From: an uncultured Acidobacteriota bacterium
Lineage (GTDB): Bacteria; Acidobacteriota; Vicinamibacteria; Fen-336
NCBI GenBank assembly: GCA_963720545.1
Contig: OY970399.1
Location: 1,536,001-1,600,000 of the forward strand
Length of the DNA stretch: 64,000 nt
Reading direction: 5' to 3'
Below the pieces are notes generated by a model that did not search any database, was not told the origin of the DNA, and saw only the letters and a list, made by a program, of their open reading frames with translations. Below are positions 48,711-59,327 of this stretch, in pieces; position 1 is the first letter of the stretch, and each line of letters begins with the position of its first letter. The translations under genes were made by a program, and so were the position numbers.

Positions 48711-50207
48711 CTACGGGCCCACCCGGAAGCCGTCCGGCTTCGACCATGGATCGGCAACGGGGGCTCGTCCACCCTGGCGCGGCGCCTCCGCTGCGACGGC
48801 CAGTGCCGCGACCACTGCCGCGAGCCCTTCGTCGGGCGGCCAGGCCGCAGCCGGCAGCGCGCCCAGGACCTCGTCGATGAAGCCGGTGTGGATGGCGCCG
48901 GCGCGAAATGCGTCGTTGGCGACGATCTGGCGCAGCCGCGCGATGTTGGTGGTGACGCCGAGGACCGCGGTGTCGCCAAGCGCCGCGCTCATCCGCTCGA
49001 TCGACTCGTTGCGATCGGCGCCCCAGGTCACGATCTTCGCAAGCAGCGGATCGTAGTGGACGCTGACCGTTGCTCCGGTCTCGATTCCGGCATCGCAGCG
49101 GACACCGGGGCCTTGCGGAAAGGCCGCGAGCAACACGCTGCCGGGCGACGGCAGGTCGCCGCGCGCGGGATCTTCGGCGTAGAGACGGCACTCGAGCGCA
49201 TGGCCGCGCGCCGAGATGTCCTGCTGCGCGAACGGCAGCGGCTTGCCCTCTGCGATCCCGATCTGCAGGCGCACCAGGTCAACGCCGGTGACCGCTTCGG
49301 TCACCGGGTGCTCCACCTGCAGCCGCGTGTTCATCTCGAGGAAATAGAACCTGCCGTCGGCGCCGAGCAGGAATTCGACGGTTCCGGCGTTCACGTACGA
49401 CGCAGCCCGCGCCGCGGCGACTCCCGCCGCGCACAGCTCCGCGCGCAGAGTCTCGCTGAGCGCGGGGCTCGGCGTTTCCTCGACGATCTTCTGGTGGCGG
49501 CGCTGCAACGAGCATTCACGCTCGTGCAGGTGCACGATGTTCCCCTGGCTGTCGGCGAGCACCTGCACCTCGACGTGGCGCGGCTGCCGCACGAAGCGCT
49601 CGAGCACCATGGCGTCGCCGCCGAACGAGGACGCGCTCTCGCGGCGCGCCGATGCCAGCGCAGCCGCCAGCGCAGAGGCGCTTTCGACGACGCGCATGCC
49701 CTTGCCGCCGCCGCCGCGCGACGGCTTGATCATCACCGGGAAGCCGATGCGCTGCGCCTCCGCCAGCAACGTCGCATCCTGCTGGTCGTCGCCGTCATAA
49801 CCGGGCACCACCGGCACGCCCGAGCGGCTCATCAGCCGCCGCGCCGCCTGCTTGTCGCCCATCAGCCGGTGCACGTCGCCGGGCGGTCCGATGAAGGCGA
49901 GCGATGCGGCGGCGCAGGCGTCGGCGAAGTCGCCGCGCTGGCTGAGGAAGCCGTAGCCCGGGTGCACCGCGTCGCAGCCGCTACGGACCGCGGTCGCGAC
50001 CAGCTTCTCGATGTCGAGGTACGAGAGTGCGGCCTCGGCGGGGCCGATGAAATGCGCCTCGTCGCAGGCGCGGGTGTGCAGGGCGCCGCGGTCGGCCTCG
50101 GAAAAGACCGCGGCGGTGCCGATGCCCATGACCCGGCAGGTCCGCGCGATGCGCACCGCGATCTCGCCGCGGTTCGCGACCAGGACCTTGCGGATCGCCC
50201 GGTTCAC
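48711..50207 (-). CDS. Biotin carboxylase subunit (methylcrotonyl-CoA carboxylase alpha-like)
   Basis: KVLVANRGEIA, HPGYGFLS, GGGGKGM, RECSLQRRHQK, EMNTRLQVEHPVTE; GTG at 50207. Confidence 0.92.
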   Translation of the reverse strand: MNRAIRKVLVANRGEIAVRIARTCRVMGIGTAAVFSEADRGALHTRACDEAHFIGPAEAALSYLDIEKLVATAVRSGCDAVHPGYGFLSQRGDFADACAAASLAFIGPPGDVHRLMGDKQAARRLMSRSGVPVVPGYDGDDQQDATLLAEAQRIGFPVMIKPSRGGGGKGMRVVESASALAAALASARRESASSFGGDAMVLERFVRQPRHVEVQVLADSQGNIVHLHERECSLQRRHQKIVEETPSPALSETLRAELCAAGVAAARAASYVNAGTVEFLLGADGRFYFLEMNTRLQVEHPVTEAVTGVDLVRLQIGIAEGKPLPFAQQDISARGHALECRLYAEDPARGDLPSPGSVLLAAFPQGPGVRCDAGIETGATVSVHYDPLLAKIVTWGADRNESIERMSAALGDTAVLGVTTNIARLRQIVANDAFRAGAIHTGFIDEVLGALPAAAWPPDEGLAAVVAALAVAAEAPRQGGRAPVADPWSKPDGFRVGP

Positions 50208-50989
50208 ACGATCCAGGTGGGCTTGCGCTTCTCGAGGAAAGCCCGCATCCCTTCCTGGCCCTCGTCGGAGACCCGGATGTCGGCGATGCGCTCGACGGTG
50301 GTGCGCTGCACGGCTTCGATCTGGTCGCGGGAGATGTCGCGGATCAGCTGCTTGGCCGCGGCCACCGCCGACGGCCCGGCCTTGGCGACCTCGGCGGCGC
50401 GCGCCGCCACCGCGGTATCGAGGTCGGCCTCGGCCACCACGTGATGCACCAGGCCGATTGCGTGGGCGCGTGCTGCGGCGAAGCGCTCGCCGGTGAGGAA
50501 CAGCTCGCGGGCGGCACCGCTGCCGATCTTGGCCAGCACGTACGGCGAGATCACCGCCGGCAGCAGGCCGAGGCGCACTTCGGTGAAGCCGAACTGGCTG
50601 TCTGCGCTCGCCACCGCGATGTCGCACGCGGCCACCAGGCCGCAGCCACCGCCGAGCGCCGCGCCGTGGACGCGCGCGATCACCGGCTTCGGCGATTCGT
50701 AGACGGCCCAGAAGAGGTCGGCCATCGCCTGTGCTTCGCGCAGGTTCTCGTCGCGGCTGTAGCCGGCCATCGACTTCATCCACGACACGTCGGCGCCGGC
50801 GCAGAACGACGCGCCGCGGCCGGCGATGACGATGGCCCGCGCGCTCTCGAAGCCGCGCAGGTCGAGGAGCGTACGCCGCAGCTCTTCCACCATCACGCCG
50901 TCGAAGGCGTTGCGCACTTCGGGGCGGTTCAGCCAGATCCTTGCGACGGGGCCTTCGAAGCTCAGTTCAACGCTCTTGGTGGTGGTCAT
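50204..50989 (-). CDS. Enoyl-CoA hydratase (methylglutaconyl-CoA hydratase, LiuC-like)
   Basis: LNRPEVRNAF, FCAGAD, GAALGGGCGLVAACD, TEVRLGLLPAVISPYV; operon context. Confidence 0.88.
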   Translation of the reverse strand: MTTTKSVELSFEGPVARIWLNRPEVRNAFDGVMVEELRRTLLDLRGFESARAIVIAGRGASFCAGADVSWMKSMAGYSRDENLREAQAMADLFWAVYESPKPVIARVHGAALGGGCGLVAACDIAVASADSQFGFTEVRLGLLPAVISPYVLAKIGSGAARELFLTGERFAAARAHAIGLVHHVVAEADLDTAVAARAAEVAKAGPSAVAAAKQLIRDISRDQIEAVQRTTVERIADIRVSDEGQEGMRAFLEKRKPTWIV

Positions 50990-51003
50990 CGGTGCAGTCG
51001 ATT

Positions 51004-51894
51004 CTAAGCGATGGTTTCGGCCGGAACGGCCCGCTTGAACAGGATGAGCGCCACTCCGGCGAGCAGCACCAGCGCACCGGCGAGAAACGGGGGCTTGAGC
51101 GGCACGCCCTCGATGAGCCAGGCCCAGAAGTTTGCGAACGGCGGGTTGAGGAAGACGAACGCTGCCACCTCCGCCGATGGCAGCTTCGTGAGCGCCCAGT
51201 TCCAGACCGCGTAGCCCGCGATCACGCAGACGAGGCTCAGGAAGAGGGCCGAATAGAGCGCCCGGTGATCGGTCAGGAGCAGCGACACGGTGCGGCGTGT
51301 GATCAGGAACAGCATCGGGAAGCTGCCAAGGAACAGGCTGACGAGGTTCTTGTCCCACGCTGAGATGCCCGGGTCGGTTATGCTGCGACCGATCGTCGTG
51401 TAGAACGCCCAGCTGAGTGGCGCCAGTGCGAGAAAGATCGCCCCGGACAGGTAAGGCCAGTCGACCGGCTTCGTCGTGCCGAAGCGGATGACGACGAAGA
51501 GCCCGGCCATGGCCAGGGCCATGCCGGCCATCTGCCGCAAGCCGAAGGCCTCGCCGAAAACGAGGCGTGCCAGGATTGCGATGAACACGGGGCTGAGCGC
51601 GATGACGAGCGATGCGGTTCCCGAAGGCACGCTGCGCAGGCCGAGGAAGAAGAAGAAGTTGTATCCGGGCACGCCGAACAAGCCCATCAGGGCGAGGCGG
51701 CCCCAGGCGCCGCGCGGGATGTGCGGCCGGCGGATGGCGAGCAACACGCCGGTGGCGAGAAACACCGGCGCGAAGCGCGCGGCCAGCGCTTCGCTCACCG
51801 ACAGGTCGTGCTGTAGCCATTGCGCGGTGATGAAGGACAGCGACCACGCCGCGAACAGCAGCACCAGGGCGACATGCACGACCTTCACTTTCAT
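51004..51894 (-). CDS. DMT/EamA family transporter
   Basis: About 10 TM helices with duplicated EamA pattern; ATG at 51894. Confidence 0.85.
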   Translation of the reverse strand: MKVKVVHVALVLLFAAWSLSFITAQWLQHDLSVSEALAARFAPVFLATGVLLAIRRPHIPRGAWGRLALMGLFGVPGYNFFFFLGLRSVPSGTASLVIALSPVFIAILARLVFGEAFGLRQMAGMALAMAGLFVVIRFGTTKPVDWPYLSGAIFLALAPLSWAFYTTIGRSITDPGISAWDKNLVSLFLGSFPMLFLITRRTVSLLLTDHRALYSALFLSLVCVIAGYAVWNWALTKLPSAEVAAFVFLNPPFANFWAWLIEGVPLKPPFLAGALVLLAGVALILFKRAVPAETIA

Positions 51895-53159
51895 TGCGGA
51901 GCCTGGTGGTTGCGCACGGTGCGCGTCGCGAACCCGACGACCGCAGCCACCAGAATGGTTGCCAAGCCGCCGCTCACCACCGACACCGTCACCCCGGTGA
52001 CGATCGAGGCGAACAGCGAGGCGACGAGGCCGGCCTCGAGTTCGCCAAGCTGGGGGCCGCCGAGGAAAAACAGGCTGTTGACCGAGGTCATGCGCCCGCG
52101 CAGGCCGTCTGGAGTCAGCACCTGGCGCAGCGTCTGGCGGATAACCGTGGAGATGACGTCGGCCAGGCCCGTGAGCGCCAGCGCGAAGAGCGTCAGGGTG
52201 AAGGACCGCGACAGGCCGTAGACGATGGTGGCGACGCCGTAGCCCGCGACCGCCCACAACAGCACGCGGCCCTGACGCTGCGGCAGCGGGCGCACCGAGG
52301 TGTAGAGCGAGCCGATCAGCGCGCCGACGCCGGGTGCCGCCACCAGCCAGCCGTAGCCGCGCGGGCCGACGTGCAGCACCTGGTCGGCGAACACCGGCAG
52401 CAGCGACACCGCGCCCGCGAAGAAGGTGGCGAAGAAGTCGAGCGTCATGGTCCACACCATGATCGGTGTCGTGAAGACGAAGCGCAGCCCCTCGCGCATC
52501 GCGGCAATGGGGCTGCCCGCTTCGGCGGGGACGCCTGGCGCGGGAGCGCCAGAGGTGCGGATGCGCGCCAGCACCAGCAGCACGCCGAGGAAGGACAGCG
52601 CGTTGAGCGCGTAGATGAGCGCCGGGGCGCCGCGCGGGCCGAGCGGCAGCCACGACTCGGCGCTGGCAAGCACCACACCAGCAAGCGCGGGGCCGATGAT
52701 GATGGCGCCCTGGAAGATGGTGAGGTTGAGGGTGATGGCGGCCGGCAGGTCGGCGGGCGGCACCAGCCGCGGTATGTACGCGGAGCGCGACGGGCCGTCG
52801 AAGGCGGAGGCCGCGGCCTGCAGGGCGTTCAGGGTGTAGATGAGCCAGAGGCGGTCGCGATCGAGGAACGTCGCGAGCGCGAGCGACGTGGCGACGATCG
52901 TCAGCGCCGTCTGCGTCAGCAACAGTACCTTGCGCCGGTCGCGGCGGTCGGCCTCGACCCCGCCCCATAGCGAGAACACGATGAGCGGCAGCACCCGCGT
53001 CAGGCCGACGAAGCCGAGCGCCAGAGGCGAACGGGTGAGCAGGTACACGTGCCAGTGCAGCGCCGCCGTCTGCATCTGCGAACCGATCCACGACACGAGA
53101 TGGGCCATCCAGAGGTTGCGGAAGTCGGGATGACGAAGGACGAGGTAGGGCCGGCTCAC
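51891..53159 (-). CDS. MFS transporter (EntS/MFS_3-like)
   Basis: ADRRDRRK motif A, about 12 [18 protein letters not shown] at 53159. Confidence 0.88.
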   Translation of the reverse strand: MSRPYLVLRHPDFRNLWMAHLVSWIGSQMQTAALHWHVYLLTRSPLALGFVGLTRVLPLIVFSLWGGVEADRRDRRKVLLLTQTALTIVATSLALATFLDRDRLWLIYTLNALQAAASAFDGPSRSAYIPRLVPPADLPAAITLNLTIFQGAIIIGPALAGVVLASAESWLPLGPRGAPALIYALNALSFLGVLLVLARIRTSGAPAPGVPAEAGSPIAAMREGLRFVFTTPIMVWTMTLDFFATFFAGAVSLLPVFADQVLHVGPRGYGWLVAAPGVGALIGSLYTSVRPLPQRQGRVLLWAVAGYGVATIVYGLSRSFTLTLFALALTGLADVISTVIRQTLRQVLTPDGLRGRMTSVNSLFFLGGPQLGELEAGLVASLFASIVTGVTVSVVSGGLATILVAAVVGFATRTVRNHQAPQ

Positions 53160-54763
53160 ATCCGGAAGACGCCGAACTTCGGCTCGCCGATCGGCGCGTT
53201 GAGGGCGGCCGAGATGCCGAGCGCCAGCACCTCCCGGGTCTGCCACGGCGCAATGATGCCGTCGTCCCAGAGCCGCGCGGTCGAATAGTAGGGGCTGCCC
53301 TCGGTCTCGTACTTGGCGAGGATCGGCGCGCGGATAGCCTGGCGTTCCGCGTCGCTGATCGTCTTGCCCGAGCGCAGCAGCTGCTCTTCCTTCACCTGCG
53401 CCAGCACCGACGCCGCCTGCTCGCCGCCCATCACGGAGATACGCGCGTTCGGCCACATCCACAGCTGCCGTGGCTGGTAGGCGCGGCCGCACATGCCGTA
53501 GTTGCCGGCGCCGAAGCTGCCGCCGATGACCACCGTGAACTTCGGCACCTGCGCGTTCGCGACCGCGTGCACCATCTTGGCGCCGTCCTTGGCGATGCCC
53601 TTGTTCTCGTATTCCTTGCCGACGATGAAGCCGGTGATGTTCTGCAGGAACACCAGCGGGATCTTGCGCAGCGCGCACATCTCGATGAAGTGCGTCGCCT
53701 TCAGGGCGCTCTCGGAGAACAGCACGCCGTTGTTGGCGAGGATTCCGACCGGGTAGCCGGCGATGCGCGCGAAGCCGGTGACGAGCGTCGCGCCGTAGCG
53801 CGCCTTGAACTCGGAGAAGCGGCTGCCGTCAACGATGCGCGCGATGACCTCATGGACGTCGTAGGCCTTGCGCGGATTCTTCGGCACGATGCCGCCGAGT
53901 TCTTTCGGGTCGAAGGCTGGCGGCTCCGGCTCGGCCACGTCCCACGGCAGTTCCTTGCGCGCGGTCAGACCCGCCACCACTTCGCGGCCCCAGGCGAGCG
54001 CGTGCTCCTCGTCCAGCGCGTAGTGGTCGGCGACGCCGCTGATGCGCGTGTGTACGTCGGCGCCGCCCAGCTCTTCGGCGCTCACTTCTTCGCCGGTCGC
54101 CGCCTTCACGAGCGGCGGCCCGCCGAGGAAGATGGTGCCGCGGTCCTTCACGATGATGGTCTCGTCGCTCATCGCGGGCACGTAGGCGCCGCCCGCGGTG
54201 CACGAACCGAGGACGATGCTGATCTGGGCGATGCCCGCGGCGCTCATCCGCGCCTCGTTGTAGAAGATGCGGCCGAAGTGATCGCGGTCGGGAAAGACCT
54301 CGGCCTGCAGCGGCAGGAAGGCGCCGCCCGAATCGACGAGATAGACGCACGGCAACCGGTTCTCGGCGGCGATCTCCTGCGCGCGCAGGTGCTTCTTCAC
54401 GGTGAGCGGAAAGTAGGTGCCGCCCTTCACCGTCGGGTCGTTGGCGACGATCATCACCTCGCGGCCGCTGACGCGCCCGATGCCGGTGACGAGCCCCGCG
54501 GCGGGCGCGGCACCCTCGTAGAGCCCGTGGGCCGCGAGCGCGCCGATCTCGAGGAACGGCGATCCGGGATCGAGCAGCGCGTCGATGCGCTCGCGCGGCA
54601 GCAGCTTGTCCTGCTCCTTATGGCGCTTCAGCGCCTCGTCGCCGCCGCCCTTGCGCGCGCCTTGCAGGTGCGAGCGCAGCTCGCCCTCGAGGCCGTCCAT
54701 GTGGGCCTTGTTTTCCTGGAACTCGGCGGCCGCGGTATCGATTTGCGTCTCGAGGAGCACCAC
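53156..54763 (-). CDS. Carboxyltransferase subunit (methylcrotonyl-CoA carboxylase beta-like)
   Basis: [63 protein letters not shown]. Confidence 0.93.
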   Translation of the reverse strand: MVLLETQIDTAAAEFQENKAHMDGLEGELRSHLQGARKGGGDEALKRHKEQDKLLPRERIDALLDPGSPFLEIGALAAHGLYEGAAPAAGLVTGIGRVSGREVMIVANDPTVKGGTYFPLTVKKHLRAQEIAAENRLPCVYLVDSGGAFLPLQAEVFPDRDHFGRIFYNEARMSAAGIAQISIVLGSCTAGGAYVPAMSDETIIVKDRGTIFLGGPPLVKAATGEEVSAEELGGADVHTRISGVADHYALDEEHALAWGREVVAGLTARKELPWDVAEPEPPAFDPKELGGIVPKNPRKAYDVHEVIARIVDGSRFSEFKARYGATLVTGFARIAGYPVGILANNGVLFSESALKATHFIEMCALRKIPLVFLQNITGFIVGKEYENKGIAKDGAKMVHAVANAQVPKFTVVIGGSFGAGNYGMCGRAYQPRQLWMWPNARISVMGGEQAASVLAQVKEEQLLRSGKTISDAERQAIRAPILAKYETEGSPYYSTARLWDDGIIAPWQTREVLALGISAALNAPIGEPKFGVFRM

Positions 54764-54819
54764 GGCGGGGATTCTACTAGGCACCCTGAAATCACCGCTG
54801 GTTGCTAGGATTCGGCCTC

Positions 54820-55596
54820 ATGTGGAGTTCGACAGCCTGTCCGCGCTGCGGCGGGACCCAGGCACGCCGCGAAGCCAAGGGCTTCGCCTGCGCCTTCTGC
54901 GGCAGCGCGCTGCGTCCGCGCCTCGCGGCCGGCGACCGCTGCGCCGACGCCAAGGAGCGCGGCCTGTGCGCGGCCGCCGCCGTCAGCCTGTGCCGCAGTT
55001 GCGCCGCGCCGCTCTGCCGTCGTCACGGCACCAGGCGTCCGGTGTATTGGGGAGCACCCCTCGACGCCGCGCGTCTCTTCCCTGCCTGGAACGCCCGTGA
55101 CCTCGCCGACTGGACTGCGCTCTGCGAACCGATGCAGGCGTTCCCTATCCCGGATCTCGTGCCGTTCGAGTGGGTGGACCATCTTGGCCGGGCGAACTAC
55201 GCGATCGGCCGCGACGAAGACGAGGTGCGCGAGGCGCTGCGCGTCACGGCCGCGCCCTACGATGCGGAGGTGGTGGACGAAGCCGTGTGGATCGAGAGCG
55301 TCTGCCGCGGCTGCGAGAGCACGCTGGCGCGCGACGTAGACCGCGAAGTCACCACCGCCGCCCATCGCCACGCGCGGATCGCATTCATAGAGCGGGTCGC
55401 CGCAATCCGCGCCGACCTCGAACAGACGGTCCACTACGCGGAAGCGGTCCTCGGCCGCCCGCTCTCGCCGCGCAAGGTTGCGGGCGGATTCACGGGTGTC
55501 GGCCCGAAGTCGCCGCGCAGCGAATGGGACGCGTGCGGCCAGGACGCGCGGGCGCGCATCGCAAGCGCCGACCGGCTGCGCCGGCTGATGCGATGA
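54820..55596 (+). CDS. Cys-rich hypothetical protein (zinc ribbon / B-box-like)
   Basis: CPRC, CAFC, CRSC...LCRRH, CRGC; stop overlaps the next ATG. Confidence 0.68.
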   Translation: MWSSTACPRCGGTQARREAKGFACAFCGSALRPRLAAGDRCADAKERGLCAAAAVSLCRSCAAPLCRRHGTRRPVYWGAPLDAARLFPAWNARDLADWTALCEPMQAFPIPDLVPFEWVDHLGRANYAIGRDEDEVREALRVTAAPYDAEVVDEAVWIESVCRGCESTLARDVDREVTTAAHRHARIAFIERVAAIRADLEQTVHYAEAVLGRPLSPRKVAGGFTGVGPKSPRSEWDACGQDARARIASADRLRRLMR

Positions 55597-56285
55597 ACCT
55601 GACGAAGGCGCCGTTGCGTACCTTGTTCCTGGACGCCGGCGGCGTCCTCGTGAACCCGAACTGGGATCGCGTGGCCGACGCGATGAACCGCCACGGCGTC
55701 CCCATCACCGGCGACGCGCTGCGTGCCGCCGAACCCCACGCCAAGAAGGAAATGGACGTGCCCTCCCCCATCCCCGTGAGCGACCAGAAGCGCGGCTGGG
55801 TGTATTTCAACCTGGTACTGGGCCAGGCTGGCGTGCAGCCGGCCGACGGCGTCTACAAAGCGCTCGAGGAGCTGCGCACCTATCACCGCACCGAGAACCT
55901 GTGGGAGTCGTCCCCCGCCGACGCCAAGGAAAGCCTGCAGCGCCTGCGCGGCTCGGGGCTGAAGCTGGTGGTCGTCTCCAACGCGAACGGCACCGTCAAG
56001 CACCTCTTCAACCGCCTCGGCCTCGCCCCGTACTTCGACCTCATCCTCGACTCACAGGAAGAGGGCATCGAAAAGCCCGATCCACGCTTCTTCCGCATCG
56101 CCATGGACAAGTCCGGCGCCGACCCCGACTCGACACTGCACGTCGGCGACCTGTACCACGTGGATGTCGTCGGCGCACGCAACGCGTCGCTCCCCGCCAT
56201 TCTGTTCGATGTCGCGGGTCTGTATCCCGACGCCGATTGCCCACGCGTAGCTTCGCTGACCAACCTCGCCGATCTGTTGCTGTAA
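55593..56285 (+). CDS. HAD-IA family hydrolase
   Basis: FLDAGGVL, VSN, EKPDPRFF, HVGD...DVVGA; ATG at 55593. Confidence 0.88.
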   Translation: MNLTKAPLRTLFLDAGGVLVNPNWDRVADAMNRHGVPITGDALRAAEPHAKKEMDVPSPIPVSDQKRGWVYFNLVLGQAGVQPADGVYKALEELRTYHRTENLWESSPADAKESLQRLRGSGLKLVVVSNANGTVKHLFNRLGLAPYFDLILDSQEEGIEKPDPRFFRIAMDKSGADPDSTLHVGDLYHVDVVGARNASLPAILFDVAGLYPDADCPRVASLTNLADLLL

Positions 56286-56345
56286 CTGGCCTACAATTTC
56301 ACACCGCTCAGGCCGACTCGAACCAAGGACACCGCAGGAGGACCA

Positions 56346-58070
56346 GTGAGCTTGACGAGCTTTGCCGGACTACTCGCCGCCTTTACAGCGTCGCTCACTG
56401 CCGCCTGCTCTCCGCCAAAGCCGAAGGTGCAACCCGCGGATGTCGTCATCGTCAGCGGCAAGGTGTGGACCGCCAATGGCACGACGAGTGAAGCCATCGC
56501 GATTCGTGGCGAGGACATCGCGTACGTCGGGAACACCGCCGGAGCGACGGCTTACGTCGGGCCGAACACGCAGCGCTTCGACGGCACCACGCGCCTGGTC
56601 GTGCCTGGGTTCAACGACGCGCACATCCATCTGCTGAGCGGCGCAGAGGCATTGACGCGCATCGACTTGCTGGAGGTCGCGCCCGACCTCGCTTCGGTGC
56701 AGAAGGCGATCGGCGAATTCGCGAAGCAGAATGCCGGTGCCGAGTGGGTGCTGGGGCGCGGCTGGCTGTACGGCACTTTCCCCGGCGGGCTGCCGACGAA
56801 GGACCAGCTCGATGCGTCGGTCGGCGATCGTCCCGCGTACATGGAGTGCTACGACGGCCACTCCGGCTGGGCAAACAGCAAGGCGCTGGCGCTCGCGGGC
56901 ATCACCAAAAACACCAAGGACCCGGTGAACGGCGCCATCGTGCGCGACCCGAAGACCGGCGAGCCAACCGGCGCCCTCAAGGAGGCGGCCACTTCCCTCG
57001 TGGAGAAGGCGATCCCGCGGCCCACGGTCGAGGAGCGCTACGCGCTGCTGCTGCGGGCGTTCGAGAAGCTCAGCTCGCAGGGCATCACCTCGGCGCAGGA
57101 CATGGGCTACGGGGCCAAGTCGATCGCCGACGCGATGGCGCTCGTCGATCGCGCCAGCCGCGAGGGCAAGCAGAGCGTGCGGCTGCAGATGGGCGTCGTC
57201 ATGAGCGAGGACGACTACGCGGAGGCGATCGCCGCCGCCAAACAACAGGCGGCTCGCCCGCAGACGCCGCGGCTGCGCACCAACGCCATGAAGGGCTTCG
57301 TGGACGGCGTCATCGAGGCGCACACCGGCGCGATGCTGGCGCCCTACGCCAACGACAAGACGAGCGGCGTGCCGAACTGGAAGCCGGCGAACCTCGACAC
57401 GGCCGTGACCGCGGCCGACAAGGAAGGCATCCAGGTGCACCTGCACGCGATCGGCGACCGCGGCGTGCGCATGGCGCTCGACGCGTTCCAAGCGGCCGAG
57501 CAGGCAAACGGACCCCGCGACCGCCGCGACCGCATCGAGCACATCGAGACGATCGATGCCGCCGATTACCCGCGCTTCAAGGCGCTCGGCGTGATCGCCT
57601 CGATGCAGCCACTGCACGCCGATCCCAACGGCAACCTGCTCGACGTCTGGGCGGTGAACGCCGGCCCCGAGCGGGCGGCGCGCGGCTTCAGCTGGCAGAA
57701 CCTGCAGAAGGCCGGTGCGATGCTGAACTTCGGCAGCGACTGGCCGGTGGTGACCGCCGACGTCTTCCGCGGCCTGCATGCCGCTGTCACCCGCACCACG
57801 CGCGAAGGCACGCCCGCCGGCGGCTGGCACAAGGAGCAAGCCGTCAGCATCGAGGACGCGCTGCGCCACTACACCATCGACGCCGCCTACGGCGAGTTCG
57901 CCGACAAGGACAAGGGCTCGCTCGAAGTGGGCAAGAAGGGCGACCTCGTGGTGCTTTCAGACGACCTCCTCGCCTCCGGCCCGGAGCAGATCCTGAAGAC
58001 GAAGGTCCTGCTTACGGTCATGAACGGGAAGGTCGTCTACCGCGATCCGGCGTTCGGCCCGACCCGCTAG
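56346..58070 (+). CDS. Amidohydrolase-3 (YtcJ-like) lipoprotein
   Basis: Lipobox LTAAC, PGFNDAHIH, HAIGDRG, RIEH, FGSDWPV, GSLEVGKKGD. Confidence 0.9.
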   Translation: MSLTSFAGLLAAFTASLTAACSPPKPKVQPADVVIVSGKVWTANGTTSEAIAIRGEDIAYVGNTAGATAYVGPNTQRFDGTTRLVVPGFNDAHIHLLSGAEALTRIDLLEVAPDLASVQKAIGEFAKQNAGAEWVLGRGWLYGTFPGGLPTKDQLDASVGDRPAYMECYDGHSGWANSKALALAGITKNTKDPVNGAIVRDPKTGEPTGALKEAATSLVEKAIPRPTVEERYALLLRAFEKLSSQGITSAQDMGYGAKSIADAMALVDRASREGKQSVRLQMGVVMSEDDYAEAIAAAKQQAARPQTPRLRTNAMKGFVDGVIEAHTGAMLAPYANDKTSGVPNWKPANLDTAVTAADKEGIQVHLHAIGDRGVRMALDAFQAAEQANGPRDRRDRIEHIETIDAADYPRFKALGVIASMQPLHADPNGNLLDVWAVNAGPERAARGFSWQNLQKAGAMLNFGSDWPVVTADVFRGLHAAVTRTTREGTPAGGWHKEQAVSIEDALRHYTIDAAYGEFADKDKGSLEVGKKGDLVVLSDDLLASGPEQILKTKVLLTVMNGKVVYRDPAFGPTR

Positions 58071-58171
58071 CCGCGCCGCTTCGCTCGCACCCGCAGCAGC
58101 CGCCTCATCGACGGACCGAAGTACGACTGTCAGCAACGCCAGGGTGCCGGACAGCGCTGCGTCGACGGCGT

Positions 58172-58642
58172 CTACTGCTTCTCGTAGAACGACATGCTGT
58201 CGACGGGCTCACCCTTGGCGTTCTTGCCCTTCGTGGTGGTCGTGCGCGTCTTGCCGTCAGCGGATACGGCGATGGTCTGGGTGACTGTCACCTTGCCTCC
58301 ATGCTTGGTGGTGATCGTCGTGGTCCTGTCGTCGACACGCGTGAGAGCCACGACGTCGCCGTACGGACTATCGCCCATGACGGGATTGTCCTTGCCGTCA
58401 TAGTTCGCGCTGAACGTCCAATGATGCGCCGTGCCGTCGGGGCCCACCAGGTCAACGGTGAACCTGACACCGTTGTCGCCCGCCGCCTCGACCCTGGTGC
58501 TGCCGCTCTTGGCCGGCGCGCCCGTCGATTTCGCCACATTCAGTTGCCAGTCGCCAACCAGCGGATTGGTCGACTGCGCGAGAACGATGCCGCTCGACAA
58601 GCCGACGAGGACTACTGCCGTGAACAGACGCTTTGTGCTCAC
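58172..58642 (-). CDS. Secreted hypothetical beta-barrel-like protein (similar to 46040-46504)
   Basis: GTG 58642, signal peptide, GDWQLNVAKS, YDGKDNP, VSADGKTRT. Confidence 0.8.
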   Translation of the reverse strand: MSTKRLFTAVVLVGLSSGIVLAQSTNPLVGDWQLNVAKSTGAPAKSGSTRVEAAGDNGVRFTVDLVGPDGTAHHWTFSANYDGKDNPVMGDSPYGDVVALTRVDDRTTTITTKHGGKVTVTQTIAVSADGKTRTTTTKGKNAKGEPVDSMSFYEKQ

Positions 58643-58779
58643 TTTTTTCCGCCTTTCCAATGTCACAGAGGTACCGAGTCCTTGTGAACGGCGCAGTCTG
58701 CCTCTTCGCAACGCCGGAAGCAACGTGCATTGGCAGGACCAGCGGAGATAATGTAAGTGTCCGTTGTCCTGGAGGCCGA

Positions 58780-59286
58780 ATGCAGATGATCGAGCTGTTC
58801 ACCGCGCAGTTGGAGCGCGAATCCGGACCAACGCGGCGAGTGGTGGAGCGCGTTCCCGAACGCCATGACGATTGGAAGCCGCACGTCAAGTCGATGCCCC
58901 TCGGCTATCTCGCCTCACTCGTCGCGACTATGCCCGGCTGGGTGGCGATGGCCATCGAGCAGGACGAGCTCGACCTGAAACCGGCATCGGGAGCGGCGCC
59001 GACACCGAAGCCGAAGAACACGACCGCCGAGCTGCTGAAGGCTTGCGACGACTCTGTCGTGAAGTCGCGCGCTGCGCTCGCGAAGACCACGGAAGCCCAC
59101 CTGTTGACGCCGTGGAAGCTTCTGGTGGGCGGCCAGGTGGTGATGGAACAGCCGCGCCACGTCGTGATTGCCGACGCCTTCACACATCTTGCGCACCACC
59201 GTGGCCAGCTCACCGTGTACCTGCGGCTCCATGACGTGCCTGTGCCGTCGGTTTACGGACCCTCCGCCGACGACCAGCGCTTCTAG
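58780..59286 (+). CDS. DinB-family four-helix-bundle protein
   Basis: GGAGG RBS; WKPHVKSMPLG, HLAHHRGQLTVYLR, PSVYGPSAD. Confidence 0.88.
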   Translation: MQMIELFTAQLERESGPTRRVVERVPERHDDWKPHVKSMPLGYLASLVATMPGWVAMAIEQDELDLKPASGAAPTPKPKNTTAELLKACDDSVVKSRAALAKTTEAHLLTPWKLLVGGQVVMEQPRHVVIADAFTHLAHHRGQLTVYLRLHDVPVPSVYGPSADDQRF

Positions 59287-59327
59287 GACAGCTCGCCTCC
59301 TCGGCGCGTCTGGGCCAGCCGGCCTAC

